From a bacterium (GTDB taxonomy: Archaea > Thermoplasmatota > E2 > JACPAO01 > JAHFTW01), in contig JAZJZE010000005.1 in the NCBI GenBank assembly GCA_040390065.1, forward strand, positions 96,001 to 160,000: a DNA stretch of 64,000 nucleotides, given 5' to 3'. The first letter of the stretch is position 1. Each line of letters begins with the position of its first letter. Below, piece after piece: positions 8,543 to 18,231 of the stretch. Below the pieces are notes generated by a model that did not search any database, was not told the DNA's origin, and saw only the letters and a program-made list of their open reading frames with translations. Both the position numbers and the translations under genes were made by a program.

Positions 8543-11500
8543 CTAGGCGGACCGTGCCGCCGGCTTGCGGCGCAGGGCAAGCCAGGCCGCCAGGCCGGCC
8601 ACGACCAGGAGGGCCGCACCCAGGGCGATCCACAGGGCCAGCGCGCCGCCGCCCGAACCGCCGGTTGCGACGACATCGCGCAAGCGCGCGTCGGAGGCCT
8701 TGACGTCGGTCGGCTGCTGCGCAAGCGTCGCGGTGCCTGATGCGTCCTTCATCGTGATGACGTAGGTGCCCTGCGTGGCATACAGGTGCGTCGACGGGCC
8801 GGTGGTCTTGACCGCAGGCGAGCCGTCGCCGAAGTCCCACGTGTGCAGCGTCGTCGTGTCGTCGGGCACGACCACGACGGTGCCGTCGCTGCCCGGCGTC
8901 GCCGTGAAGGCGGGAGCCATGGGCGGCGGCAGGACGGCGCCGTTGACGGTCACCGTCATGATGGCCATGGCCGAACCGGTGCCGTCCGTCACTTCGAGGG
9001 CAAAGCGCAGACGGCTTCCGTCAGCCGGCACGACGAAGGAGGCCTTGGCGGAAGTCGGGTCCGTGATGGCGACCGGGACGCCTTCGAGTTGCGTCCATGC
9101 GTAGGCGAGCGCACCCGTGCCGGTCGAGGCGGAGCCGTCGAGGACCACGATGTCGCCGACGTCGGCCGTTGCATCAGGGCCGACCTTGGCCGACGGGCCG
9201 GTCGTTCCTGCGCGGACCGTCACGGTGACTCCCGAAATCGCGGAACGCGCGCCGTCGTGCACAGTGAGCTCGAAGAAGAGTTGCGTCGGGTCGGCGGGGG
9301 CGACGAAGGTCGGCGATGCGCCAGAGCCTTGCAGCGATGCCGTGGGCCCGAACGTCTGGTGCCATTCGTACGTCGGCGTGCCTTGGGCGCCCGTCGACGA
9401 GCCACGCAGCGTGACCGTCGCACCTGGGGCGACCTCTTGGGCAGAGCCTGCACTGGCCGTAAGCGGAGGCGGTGGAGGCGGCGGGTTGCTGCCGGAGCCG
9501 CTCGAGGAGCCGCCTGAGCCGGATTCGCCGGGACCGGGGCTTGCGGAGCCGCCGCCGTTGGCGGGACCCGTCGCGGCTTGCACACTGACGGTCTTGCACA
9601 TTGGAGCCGTGCTGGGCACGCCCCACTCATCGGATGCGACCAGGCAAGCCTGGAACGAACCGGCGGATGCGTAGACGTGGCTGGGGTTGCGTTGGCTGCT
9701 CGTGTAGCCGTCGCCGAAGTTCCACGACCAGTAGTTGATGGAGCTGCCCTGGTCCGGGTCCGTCGAGGCATCGACAAAGGTGACGCCGTCGCCTGCATGC
9801 GGGTTGGCCGGCGCAAACGAGTAGTGCGACACGGGCGGCGTGTCGGGCTTGACGAGGATGGTCACCTTGGCGCATCCCGTGCTCGTTGCCGGTGTGTTGT
9901 CCTTGGCCTTGTAGTAGAACCAGTCCGTGTATTGCGCGCTGCCCGTCGGGTGGTAGATGAAATGCCCGTTGGACCCGGGCGTCACCCACGCACCGGCAAA
10001 CTGCGGCCCCGAGCAAATGGAGTCGATCGTCAGGCCCTGCGCCGCGTAGGCTGCGTCGAGGTCGATGTCGTTGGCAACAACGGGGTCGTACCCGCGCGCC
10101 AGTGTATCGAGGTCATGGCCGAGCACACCGATGTAGAACGGGTCGTCCACCGGGGTGGGCGCGTCGTTGATGCACGTGACCGGCAGCGATTCGGTGCCAG
10201 TGGCAAAGTTGGTGCCGTCCGACTCGATCACCTTGAACGTGAAGGAGTCCAGCGCCGCCCCCGACGGGAGGCTGTTGCAGTAGTTGGAGTTCGGCGTGTA
10301 CGTGAAGCTCGGCGACGTCGACGTCGTACCGCACGTGGGCAGGACCGAGATGGTGCCGAAGGAGGGGCCGCTCAGGCGGCAATACTTGAGCACGTCGCCA
10401 TAGGGTGTGTCTGCATCCGTGCCGGCAACCGAAGCGCCCGAGGTGACCGTGTCCTCATTTGTCGCACTGGCCGTCGCGGTCGTTGCAGTCGGCAAGTCGT
10501 TGACGTGCGTCACCGTGATGGTGACGACACCAATCGTGTCAGTGTTGCCAGGCGGAGGATTCGTCAAGTCATGCATCTTGTACTGGAACGAATCCGTGCC
10601 CTCGAAATCCGTGTCCGGCGTGTACGCGAAATTGCCGTTTGGCGCAAGCGGCGTCGACAGGACGCCGTTGCTTGGACCGGATTGCAGCGTGACCTGAACG
10701 GAATCCTTCGGGCCGTTCGTGTCATTGCACAGCACGCCGTAGTACGGACCTCCCGCCCAAGTGGACGTGGCTGCGCCGCAGGCCGAGGCCGAGAAGGTCG
10801 TTTCCTCCGCCGTCGACCACGCGCTGTCGTCCACGGTGCGAGGATCGGCCGCGATAACGTGGATGGTGACGGTCGTAACGCCGCCCACCGCCGCGCTCGG
10901 GCTGTCCTTGGGCTGGTACGTGAACGTGCACGTGTCGAAGTCCAGGGGACTGTACTTGAACGTGAAGGCGCCCGTCGTAGCCGTCCCCGAGATGGAGCCG
11001 TACGTTGGATGCATGGCGCAAGTGACCCCGGAGAATGCGGTGGCGGTCAGCGTGTCAGCGGAGCCGGTGTACCATTGCATGTCGTAGTCGAAGTCGTTGC
11101 ACAGGACGCCGTCGCTGGAGCCGCACAATCCGGCACCAGGGTAGACGGGGGCCTTGGCGGCAAACGGCGTCGACGTGGCGAAGACGGAGTAGTCGTCCGC
11201 GACGCCAACGGGGGCATCGTTGACGCACGACACCGTGATGGAGAACGTGCCGTCCGTAGCGGCCACCGTCGCAGCCACATCGCGGGTCCTGTACGTGAAC
11301 GAGTCGGATCCGCAGTCGTTGGCGCTTGGCGTGTAGCTCGCCAACGGCATGTTCAGGCTGACGCCCGTCATGGTCGTGAGCCCGTTGTAGGTCCCGCACG
11401 TGGGCAGCGTGGTCGCCCCGCGCGTCGGCGGCGTGACCTGGCAGAACTGGATCTGGTCGTTCGTGGGCGCGTTCGGGTTGTTGTCCACGTCGCCGCCCGG

Positions 11501-13840
11501 GACGTTGATGGCCGTCGCCGTGTCCTCCGCGATGGCCACGGGGCCGGCGCCCGGCGCAGTTGGCGCATCGTTGACGCATGTGACCGTGACGGATTCCTGG
11601 GCCGGTGGGCCCTGCGCCTTCGTGTCCCATCCGGCGATGCTGAACGTGTCCGCCGTGCCGCTGGGGCTGTTGCAGTAGTCGGCGTTGGGGCGGTAGTACA
11701 CCGTCGCCACGCCATTCGATCCAAAGTACGTCGCCGAGGCACACGTCGTTGCCGCAACGTCAGGCCCGAGGGAGGAGTAGACGGTGCCCTTTGCAGGCGC
11801 CGCCGATACGCAGAATTTCTCGTTGGACGCAGGATCATCCGTGTCCGCGGGACTGTTGGCGACCGCGATGGCCGAAGAGGCCAGCCCGCCGCACGTCGTC
11901 GCCCCACAGTCCTCCGTCATCGTGATGCCGGTGGGCGTGAGAGCCGTCTGCGGTGGTTGGTTGCAGGTGCCGGCGTCCTCCGTGATGACGACTTGGCCGC
12001 GCGCCCCTAGGCCGCCGGGCTGGTTGGTGCTGCCGCTTGCCCAGGAGCCGCCGGAGCCGCCGCCGCCGGGCGGCGTGCCGGCAACGCCTGGCGAGTTCAC
12101 GCCGGACGGGCCGTTGCCGCCGGTGCCACCGCCACCCGTACCTCCGGCGCCGCCGGCGTTCGTGGATGCTGTGGCGCCGTTGCCGGCGGATCCGGCTCCA
12201 CCGCCGCCACCGCCTGACCTGCCCGTGCCGCCGTTGTTGATGCCGGTGGCGCCATTGCCACCCATGTACGTCGGGGCTCCGATGCTGCCGGAGGCCGCTG
12301 TGCCGCCCGGCGTGCTGGCGCTGGTCGAGGCACTACCTCCGCCGCCCCCCTTGGCCATCACGGTGGTCGCGGTGGCGAACCATGAACTGGCGCCCGTGCC
12401 GCCGGCTGCCGCCGCCCCGACAGTGCCGCCTGCGCCGACCGTCACAGGGTACGACGAGGCGGGCGAAACCGTGAGTCCGACCTTGCGCGCGAAAGCGCCT
12501 CCTGCGCCCCCGCCGCCAGCATATCCTGTGGCCGCGTTGACGCCGCCGCCGCCGCCTCCACCGCCCCAGACGTCCACCGTCGCTGAGCAGACGCTGGTCG
12601 GCGGAACGTAGGTCGCCGAACCCGTGCACGTGACGACGTAGCCTGCCACGGAACATCCTGCATAGCTCGGATGGACCTCGTAGGTGACCATGGCGGCCGC
12701 GGAGATCGTGAGGCCGTCCGTCGTATCCGTGGCCGTGTAGGAGCTGAAACCGGCCGTGGTCGACGTGACCGTGAAGGATGCTCGGCCGAATGCGTCCGTC
12801 GCGGTCGCACCGGAAACGGTGTCCACCGCGCCTCGCGATGAGACGAGGCTCACCATTTTTGTGGGTGTGCAGATGTTTCCGGCCGCGTCCTTGAGGGTGA
12901 CCATGATGTTGCCGGCCGGGCCCGCCGTCGTCAGGTACTGGCTGGAGGGCGTGACCGTACTGGCCCCAACGGTGGGCGTCGAACCGCCGCATGGCGGGCA
13001 CGACCCAGGGGACTCCGTGATGACGACCTTGCCTGCGCCGCCCGCGCCTCCGGATTGGGCGATTCCAGTGAGGTCAGGGTTGTTCCCGCCGCCCCCGCCA
13101 CCGCCTGGTGCAGCGCCGGCCGCCCCGTTGGCCTGACCAGAGGAACCGGCACCGCCGTTGCCGCCGCCGGAAGCGCCACCTGCGCCTGCGCCCGGACTTG
13201 CGCCGGTGCCGCCGACTGCCGTGGTACCGGCGCCGCCGCCACCGCCGCCGCTGACGATGTTGGCGCCGTCGCCGAGGCCACCGCTTCCTCCGGCGCGCAA
13301 CGTCGTACCGATGCTGCCCGAGGTCGTGCCGACGCCTCCCGCTGAGTTCGCGCTGGATGTGGAGCCGGATCCGCCGGCGCCCCCCTTTGCAACGAGCGTC
13401 GCGGCCGAGGAGAACCAGGATTCGCCGCCCGCGCCACCGGCAGCGCCGGACGTGGGTCCAGCTACGCCTGCCGCACCCACGGTCACGGTGTAGGTGGTCG
13501 AGTCAAAGATGTCCAAGGTGCCGGCAGCGAAGGCGCCCCCGGCGCCGCCGCCAGCGGAGAATCCGGCCGCGGAAACGCCGCCGCCACCGCCACCGCCCCC
13601 CCTCGCTTCGACCTGGACGGAGCAGACGCCCGTGCTGGGCTTGTACGTGCCGGTGCCCGACGTGCATGTAATGACCGAGCCGACGAACGAGCAGGTACCT
13701 GTGACCGTGGGTGTCGCTCCGGCCCCAGGCATGAGCGTCACGGCGCCGAAGACGCCAATCACGAGGACCGCTGCAAGGAAAACGGGGCCTAGGATGTTCG
13801 ACTTAGGAAATCCACGCTGGGGGGAGTACTCTAGGGACAT
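8543..13840 (-). CDS. Surface array protein 2: two glycine-rich domains, Big_1-like domain, cadherin/Big_9 repeats, PKD cassette, TM anchor
   Basis: ATG at 13840 (MSLEYS...VFLAAVLVIGVFGAVTLMPGAGA); VEARGGGGGGGG and VDVWGGGGGGGG domains; TCVNDAP repeats; WNFGDG; TM followed by RRK. Confidence 0.85.
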   Translation of the reverse strand: MSLEYSPQRGFPKSNILGPVFLAAVLVIGVFGAVTLMPGAGATPTVTGTCSFVGSVITCTSGTGTYKPSTGVCSVQVEARGGGGGGGGVSAAGFSAGGGAGGAFAAGTLDIFDSTTYTVTVGAAGVAGPTSGAAGGAGGESWFSSAATLVAKGGAGGSGSTSSANSAGGVGTTSGSIGTTLRAGGSGGLGDGANIVSGGGGGGAGTTAVGGTGASPGAGAGGASGGGNGGAGSSGQANGAAGAAPGGGGGGGNNPDLTGIAQSGGAGGAGKVVITESPGSCPPCGGSTPTVGASTVTPSSQYLTTAGPAGNIMVTLKDAAGNICTPTKMVSLVSSRGAVDTVSGATATDAFGRASFTVTSTTAGFSSYTATDTTDGLTISAAAMVTYEVHPSYAGCSVAGYVVTCTGSATYVPPTSVCSATVDVWGGGGGGGGVNAATGYAGGGGAGGAFARKVGLTVSPASSYPVTVGAGGTVGAAAAGGTGASSWFATATTVMAKGGGGGSASTSASTPGGTAASGSIGAPTYMGGNGATGINNGGTGRSGGGGGGAGSAGNGATASTNAGGAGGTGGGGTGGNGPSGVNSPGVAGTPPGGGGSGGSWASGSTNQPGGLGARGQVVITEDAGTCNQPPQTALTPTGITMTEDCGATTCGGLASSAIAVANSPADTDDPASNEKFCVSAAPAKGTVYSSLGPDVAATTCASATYFGSNGVATVYYRPNADYCNSPSGTADTFSIAGWDTKAQGPPAQESVTVTCVNDAPTAPGAGPVAIAEDTATAINVPGGDVDNNPNAPTNDQIQFCQVTPPTRGATTLPTCGTYNGLTTMTGVSLNMPLASYTPSANDCGSDSFTYRTRDVAATVAATDGTFSITVSCVNDAPVGVADDYSVFATSTPFAAKAPVYPGAGLCGSSDGVLCNDFDYDMQWYTGSADTLTATAFSGVTCAMHPTYGSISGTATTGAFTFKYSPLDFDTCTFTYQPKDSPSAAVGGVTTVTIHVIAADPRTVDDSAWSTAEETTFSASACGAATSTWAGGPYYGVLCNDTNGPKDSVQVTLQSGPSNGVLSTPLAPNGNFAYTPDTDFEGTDSFQYKMHDLTNPPPGNTDTIGVVTITVTHVNDLPTATTATASATNEDTVTSGASVAGTDADTPYGDVLKYCRLSGPSFGTISVLPTCGTTSTSPSFTYTPNSNYCNSLPSGAALDSFTFKVIESDGTNFATGTESLPVTCINDAPTPVDDPFYIGVLGHDLDTLARGYDPVVANDIDLDAAYAAQGLTIDSICSGPQFAGAWVTPGSNGHFIYHPTGSAQYTDWFYYKAKDNTPATSTGCAKVTILVKPDTPPVSHYSFAPANPHAGDGVTFVDASTDPDQGSSINYWSWNFGDGYTSSQRNPSHVYASAGSFQACLVASDEWGVPSTAPMCKTVSVQAATGPANGGGSASPGPGESGSGGSSSGSGSNPPPPPPPLTASAGSAQEVAPGATVTLRGSSTGAQGTPTYEWHQTFGPTASLQGSGASPTFVAPADPTQLFFELTVHDGARSAISGVTVTVRAGTTGPSAKVGPDATADVGDIVVLDGSASTGTGALAYAWTQLEGVPVAITDPTSAKASFVVPADGSRLRFALEVTDGTGSAMAIMTVTVNGAVLPPPMAPAFTATPGSDGTVVVVPDDTTTLHTWDFGDGSPAVKTTGPSTHLYATQGTYVITMKDASGTATLAQQPTDVKASDARLRDVVATGGSGGGALALWIALGAALLVVAGLAAWLALRRKPAARSA

Positions 13841-13874
13841 CCGACAACCGACCGCGGTTCGACTCGGGAAGGAA

Positions 13875-13886
13875 CACTTGAACTTT
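13875..13886 (-). promoter_or_regulatory. Shared BRE/TATA-like motif AAAGTTCAAGTG upstream of array gene 2
   Basis: Identical to 18168-18179; ends 35 nt before the ATG. Confidence 0.55.
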
Positions 13887-13950
13887 GCGGGGCTGGTCGC
13901 ACCCGCTTCTGCAGTGATATCCTCGAATTTCGTGGCGGATTTCCGGGATT

Positions 13951-16900
13951 CTACAGTGCGGGCTTCGCCGGCTTCCTCTTGACAATGACGACCGCGGCAA
14001 CGACCACGGCACCGGCCAGGAGGGCAGCGCCGCCCAGGATGACCCAAACCGGCATGCCTGGGGACGAGGCGAGCGTGGCGTCGCGGGAGTGGCTCTCAGT
14101 CGCCTTCACGTCTGTCGGGCGCTGGGCAAGCGTCGACGTTCCGCTGGCGTCCCGCATCTTGATGACGTAGGTCCCCGGGTTCGCGTAGACGTGCGTCGTG
14201 GGGCCGATGGCCTGCGCGGCAGGTGTCCCGTCGCCGAAGTCCCAGGTGTGGAGCGTGGTCGCGTCGTCAGGTACGACCGACACCGTGCCGTCGGAACCCG
14301 TGTCCATCGTGAAGTCGTTGCTCACCGGCAGGCCCGGGCTGTCGTTCTTGACGACGACGCTCTGCACATCCGTGGCCGAATCGGTGCCGTCGGTCACGGC
14401 GAGGAGGAAACGGTACGTTCCTGGCTCGTCGGCGACGAAGGTGGCTCGATCGGACATCGGGTCCGTGATGGAAACCGCGGGTCCTCCCAGTTGGGTCCAC
14501 GTGTAGGCGAGCGCGCCGCGGCCCCCGGACGATCCGGACCCGTCGAGGTGCGCGGTCGTGCCCAACGCAGCCGACGAGTCTGCTCCTGCGACGGCGGCCG
14601 GGCCCATGTAGCCGGTCTGCACGATGATGGTGACGCCATCGGCGACGTCGTGGCTGCCGTCGTGCATGGCGAACTCGAAGTACAAGGCCACGCGGCCGGA
14701 CTCCGGACTCGGCGCCGTGAACTTCGGCGTCCAGGTGCTAGGCGCATCCAGGTCGACGTGGGGGCCTGCTGTCTGGCGCCACTCGTAGGTGGGCGAGACG
14801 CCGCCCGTGGCAAAGCCGTGCAACGTGACGGTCGCACCACTTGCAACGGTCTGGTCGGTGCCGGCGTCGGCAGAACGGGGGCCGTCGATGGGCGGCAGGG
14901 GCTCGCCGTTGCCGTTGTTGCCACCGCCGTTGTCGGAGCCGCCGTTGTTTCCGTTGTTCGGGGGATTGGCAGGCCCAGTCGGGGATTGGACCGTGATGGT
15001 CTTGCAGGCAACGGATGTACTGGGGACGCCCCACTCGTCCTCGGCGGAGAGGCATGCCGTGTACGTGCCGACGACGCCGTAGGAGTGGACCGGAGTGCGG
15101 GCGTGGCTCTGGGCGCCGTCGCCAAAGGTCCACGTCCAGCCGGAGATCGTGCTGCCCTGGTCCGCGTCCGTCGAGGCATCGACGAACGTGACGGGCTCAC
15201 CGACGCGAACGGTCGTCGGGCTTGCCGTGAAGCGCGACGTGGGTGGCGCGTCGGGCTTGACGAGGATGGTCACCATGGCACACGTTGCGCTGAACGCCGT
15301 CGCGTCCTTGGCGCGGTACGTGAACGTCGTCGTGTACTGGGCAGAACCGACGGGGTGGTAGACGAAGTGGCCGTTTGCGCCCATCGTCACGGACCCCACG
15401 GTCGCACTTGCTGGCGAGCAGGGGCCAAGGAGGACAGCCTGCAGGTTCTGGGCCGTGTAGACCTCGTCGACGTCGTTGTCGTTGCCCACAAGCGGCGCGT
15501 AGCCGCGGGCTAGCGTGTCCATGTCGTGTCCGAGGACGCCGACGTAGAAGTTGTCGTCGTTGGCCGTGGGGGCGTCGTTGACGCATGTGATGGTGATGGG
15601 GACGGTGAACTCGTCCGTCAGGCCGGCTGCGTCCTTGACGCGGAAGCGCAGCGAGTCGCTGCCGCAGTAGTTGGCCGCCGACGTGAAGGTGGCCGTGGGC
15701 GACGACTGGTACGAGTTGCAGGTCGACATGGGGAACGAGCCGTGCGCCGGCGCCGTGACGACGCAGTAGGTGAGCGTGTCGCCGTACGTCGTGTCCACGT
15801 CGCTTGCAAGCATCGTCAGGCTGGGCGTTGCGTCCTCGGCCATCGTGACGGTCTGCGTGGTGTCCGCGACCGGGCCGTCGTTGAGGCAGGTCACGGTCAT
15901 CTTGACTTGCACCGTGTTGATCGTCGCGGCGCCGTCGTGCATGGCGTACGTCCAGATGTCCGGCAAGCCACTGGCGGAGTTGCAGTAGTTGGCGGTCGGA
16001 GTGTAGCCAAACGCGCCTGTCGATGTCAGTGCCGTGCTAAGCGATCCGCTGGTCGGGCCGGTGCCGAGCACCGACGTGACCGCGTGGTTCACGCCATCGA
16101 CGTCGTTGCAGATGACGCCGGCGTAGGGACCACCCGTCGCGGACGGCGTGTTTGCCGCGCAGGCCGCGGACGAGAAGACGCTGTCCTCATTGACGGTGAA
16201 GGCGTCGGCGACTGCGTGCGGGTCGGGGTAGAGGACGTCGATGCAGACGTTCGCGCTCGCCGTGAGGCTACCATCGGACATCGTGTAGCCGAAGGCATCG
16301 GGGCCGCTGTACGAGGTCGTCGGCTTGTACTGCAGGCTCGTGTACGCGCCGGCCGGGCCAACGCCCTGCACCGTGCCGTGCACCGGAGCCGTGAAGGACG
16401 AGATTCTGAGCGTGCCGGGCGGGCTGTCCTTGCTGTCGTCATCGTTGGCCAGGACGTCGAACGTGTTGCCCGAATCCGTGAAGAGCGAATCCTGCAGGAC
16501 CTGGTAGCACGTCGTCGGGTACCCGGCCGGGTCGTTGCTGGCCGTCGGCGCGTCATTGACGCAAGTGATTGAGATGGTGGCCGTGACGGTGTTGCTGTAC
16601 GTCGGTGGCGTCATGCCCGTCGGGCTGTTGTCGTCGAGGAGCTTGTACGTGAACGAGTCGACGCTCGCACCGCAGACGTTGGCCTTCGGGGTGTACGAGA
16701 ACGAACCATCCGCGTTCAGCGTCACGGAGGCGCCGGACATGGGCCCCGTCACGAGCGTGGCGTCGTCCTTGCCAAGGTGCGTCGGACTCGGCGCAGGCAT
16801 CTGGAGGTCGTCCACGTCCTTCTCGCCGGCGCTGCACTTGACGCCGAAGGGGCCGCCGCCGCTGCAGGATGCCGCAACGCTCAGGGTCGTGTCTTCGGTG

Positions 16901-18120
16901 GCCGTGTACGAATCGGCGGTCGCGACGGGTAGGTCGGCGCGGCAGGTGACTTGCAGGTAGATGTTCTTGGCCGAACTGTACTGGTTGGCGTCCTTGACCT
17001 CGAAGGTGAAGGTGTCGTCGTTGGCCGTACTGAAGGTGGGGCCGTTGCAGTAGTCGCTGTCCGGCTTGTACGCCACTGCGGCCGAGGTTGCGGTGGTGGT
17101 GCAGTCGCTCGTTGGCTTCGTCATGAGAGTCCCATGCGTCGGCAGGCTGGCGATGCAGTAGGTGATGGCGTCGCCGTCGGAATCGGTGCCGGCGAGGGTG
17201 AGGCTGAAGTAGGGCGATACGCAGCCGCTGACGGAGGTTCCCGTGCTGCAGTCCTCGTCGAGCGTGTACGTCGCCTGCGTCGCGTCGGGGGCCTGGTTGC
17301 GATAAAACAGGATCGAGCGGCCCGACATGGCGATGGCCGAGCCGTCGGCGTTTGCCTGGAAGAAATACTGCAGACCGTGGTCATCCGCCGTGTTGGAGCC
17401 GACGCTTGCATCCGCGCCAGTCTCCTCGATGCCGATGAGGGAACCCTCGTCGGTTGAGTCGGTGTCCGGCGTCCAGGATGCGGAGTTGAGGACGACCAGG
17501 ATGTTGTTCGAGGTCTGTTGGAGTCGCAGCTGGAAAGTCGCAAGCGGCGTGCTGCATGCAAGACCGTCGTAATATCCGATGCCGGCCCATTGGATGACGA
17601 ATTCCTGGTTGGGCGACGTCCCCACCGTGCCGTATGTCACGGTGCCGCCGCAGGTCAGGTCGAGGTCGACGAAAAGCGGGGCGATGTAGACGTTCGGCTT
17701 CGTCGTGGACGTGTCGGGGATGGACTTCGGCTGGTAGGAATTGCCGCCGCTTGCGGGCGTGTCGGCCGCCGTCTGGGACAGCACGACCCAACCGTTCTCG
17801 CCGACTTGCACGTTGTTGCCCGCGGCGTAATTGACCCCGTAATAGTTGAAGGCGAACGGAAGAGGCACGGCGGCATGGCCGTCGCCGGAAACGGCCGCGG
17901 AGATATCGGTCCCCCCGGTGAGGGCTGTCCAACTGTGGCTTAACCCGCCGCCCACGCTGTCCTTGAAGCGGTAGCCGCCGACATCCGGCCCCCCCGTAGC
18001 GGCCGGCGGCGCGCCGGCATCCGCGTGGTGCGGCAGCAGGATGACCAGCGCCATGGCCGCGAGGCCGATTGCCGCGACCGCAAAGAACAGACGTTCATGG
18101 CTCGCGCGGCCACTTCGCAT
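13951..18120 (-). CDS. Surface array protein 3: nidogen-like head, cadherin/Big_9 repeats, PKD cassette, TM anchor
   Basis: Signal region ending LLPHHADA; LPFAFNYYGVNY...VGENGWV; several TCVNDAP repeats; TM followed by KRK. Start is either ATG 18120 or GTG 18144. Confidence 0.85.
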   Translation of the reverse strand: MRSGRASHERLFFAVAAIGLAAMALVILLPHHADAGAPPAATGGPDVGGYRFKDSVGGGLSHSWTALTGGTDISAAVSGDGHAAVPLPFAFNYYGVNYAAGNNVQVGENGWVVLSQTAADTPASGGNSYQPKSIPDTSTTKPNVYIAPLFVDLDLTCGGTVTYGTVGTSPNQEFVIQWAGIGYYDGLACSTPLATFQLRLQQTSNNILVVLNSASWTPDTDSTDEGSLIGIEETGADASVGSNTADDHGLQYFFQANADGSAIAMSGRSILFYRNQAPDATQATYTLDEDCSTGTSVSGCVSPYFSLTLAGTDSDGDAITYCIASLPTHGTLMTKPTSDCTTTATSAAVAYKPDSDYCNGPTFSTANDDTFTFEVKDANQYSSAKNIYLQVTCRADLPVATADSYTATEDTTLSVAASCSGGGPFGVKCSAGEKDVDDLQMPAPSPTHLGKDDATLVTGPMSGASVTLNADGSFSYTPKANVCGASVDSFTYKLLDDNSPTGMTPPTYSNTVTATISITCVNDAPTASNDPAGYPTTCYQVLQDSLFTDSGNTFDVLANDDDSKDSPPGTLRISSFTAPVHGTVQGVGPAGAYTSLQYKPTTSYSGPDAFGYTMSDGSLTASANVCIDVLYPDPHAVADAFTVNEDSVFSSAACAANTPSATGGPYAGVICNDVDGVNHAVTSVLGTGPTSGSLSTALTSTGAFGYTPTANYCNSASGLPDIWTYAMHDGAATINTVQVKMTVTCLNDGPVADTTQTVTMAEDATPSLTMLASDVDTTYGDTLTYCVVTAPAHGSFPMSTCNSYQSSPTATFTSAANYCGSDSLRFRVKDAAGLTDEFTVPITITCVNDAPTANDDNFYVGVLGHDMDTLARGYAPLVGNDNDVDEVYTAQNLQAVLLGPCSPASATVGSVTMGANGHFVYHPVGSAQYTTTFTYRAKDATAFSATCAMVTILVKPDAPPTSRFTASPTTVRVGEPVTFVDASTDADQGSTISGWTWTFGDGAQSHARTPVHSYGVVGTYTACLSAEDEWGVPSTSVACKTITVQSPTGPANPPNNGNNGGSDNGGGNNGNGEPLPPIDGPRSADAGTDQTVASGATVTLHGFATGGVSPTYEWRQTAGPHVDLDAPSTWTPKFTAPSPESGRVALYFEFAMHDGSHDVADGVTIIVQTGYMGPAAVAGADSSAALGTTAHLDGSGSSGGRGALAYTWTQLGGPAVSITDPMSDRATFVADEPGTYRFLLAVTDGTDSATDVQSVVVKNDSPGLPVSNDFTMDTGSDGTVSVVPDDATTLHTWDFGDGTPAAQAIGPTTHVYANPGTYVIKMRDASGTSTLAQRPTDVKATESHSRDATLASSPGMPVWVILGGAALLAGAVVVAAVVIVKRKPAKPAL

Positions 18121-18167
18121 GGGACAACCTACCACCATTCGCACCAGAGGAGGGACTTTTTTCCTCC

Positions 18168-18179
18168 CACTTGAACTTT
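18168..18179 (-). promoter_or_regulatory. Shared BRE/TATA-like motif AAAGTTCAAGTG upstream of array gene 3
   Basis: Identical to 13875-13886. Confidence 0.55.
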
Positions 18180-18231
18180 CCGGCCGTTCCCTCGTGTGGC
18201 CAGCACTGACCTCCCAGCGCGGCGGCGTCCG

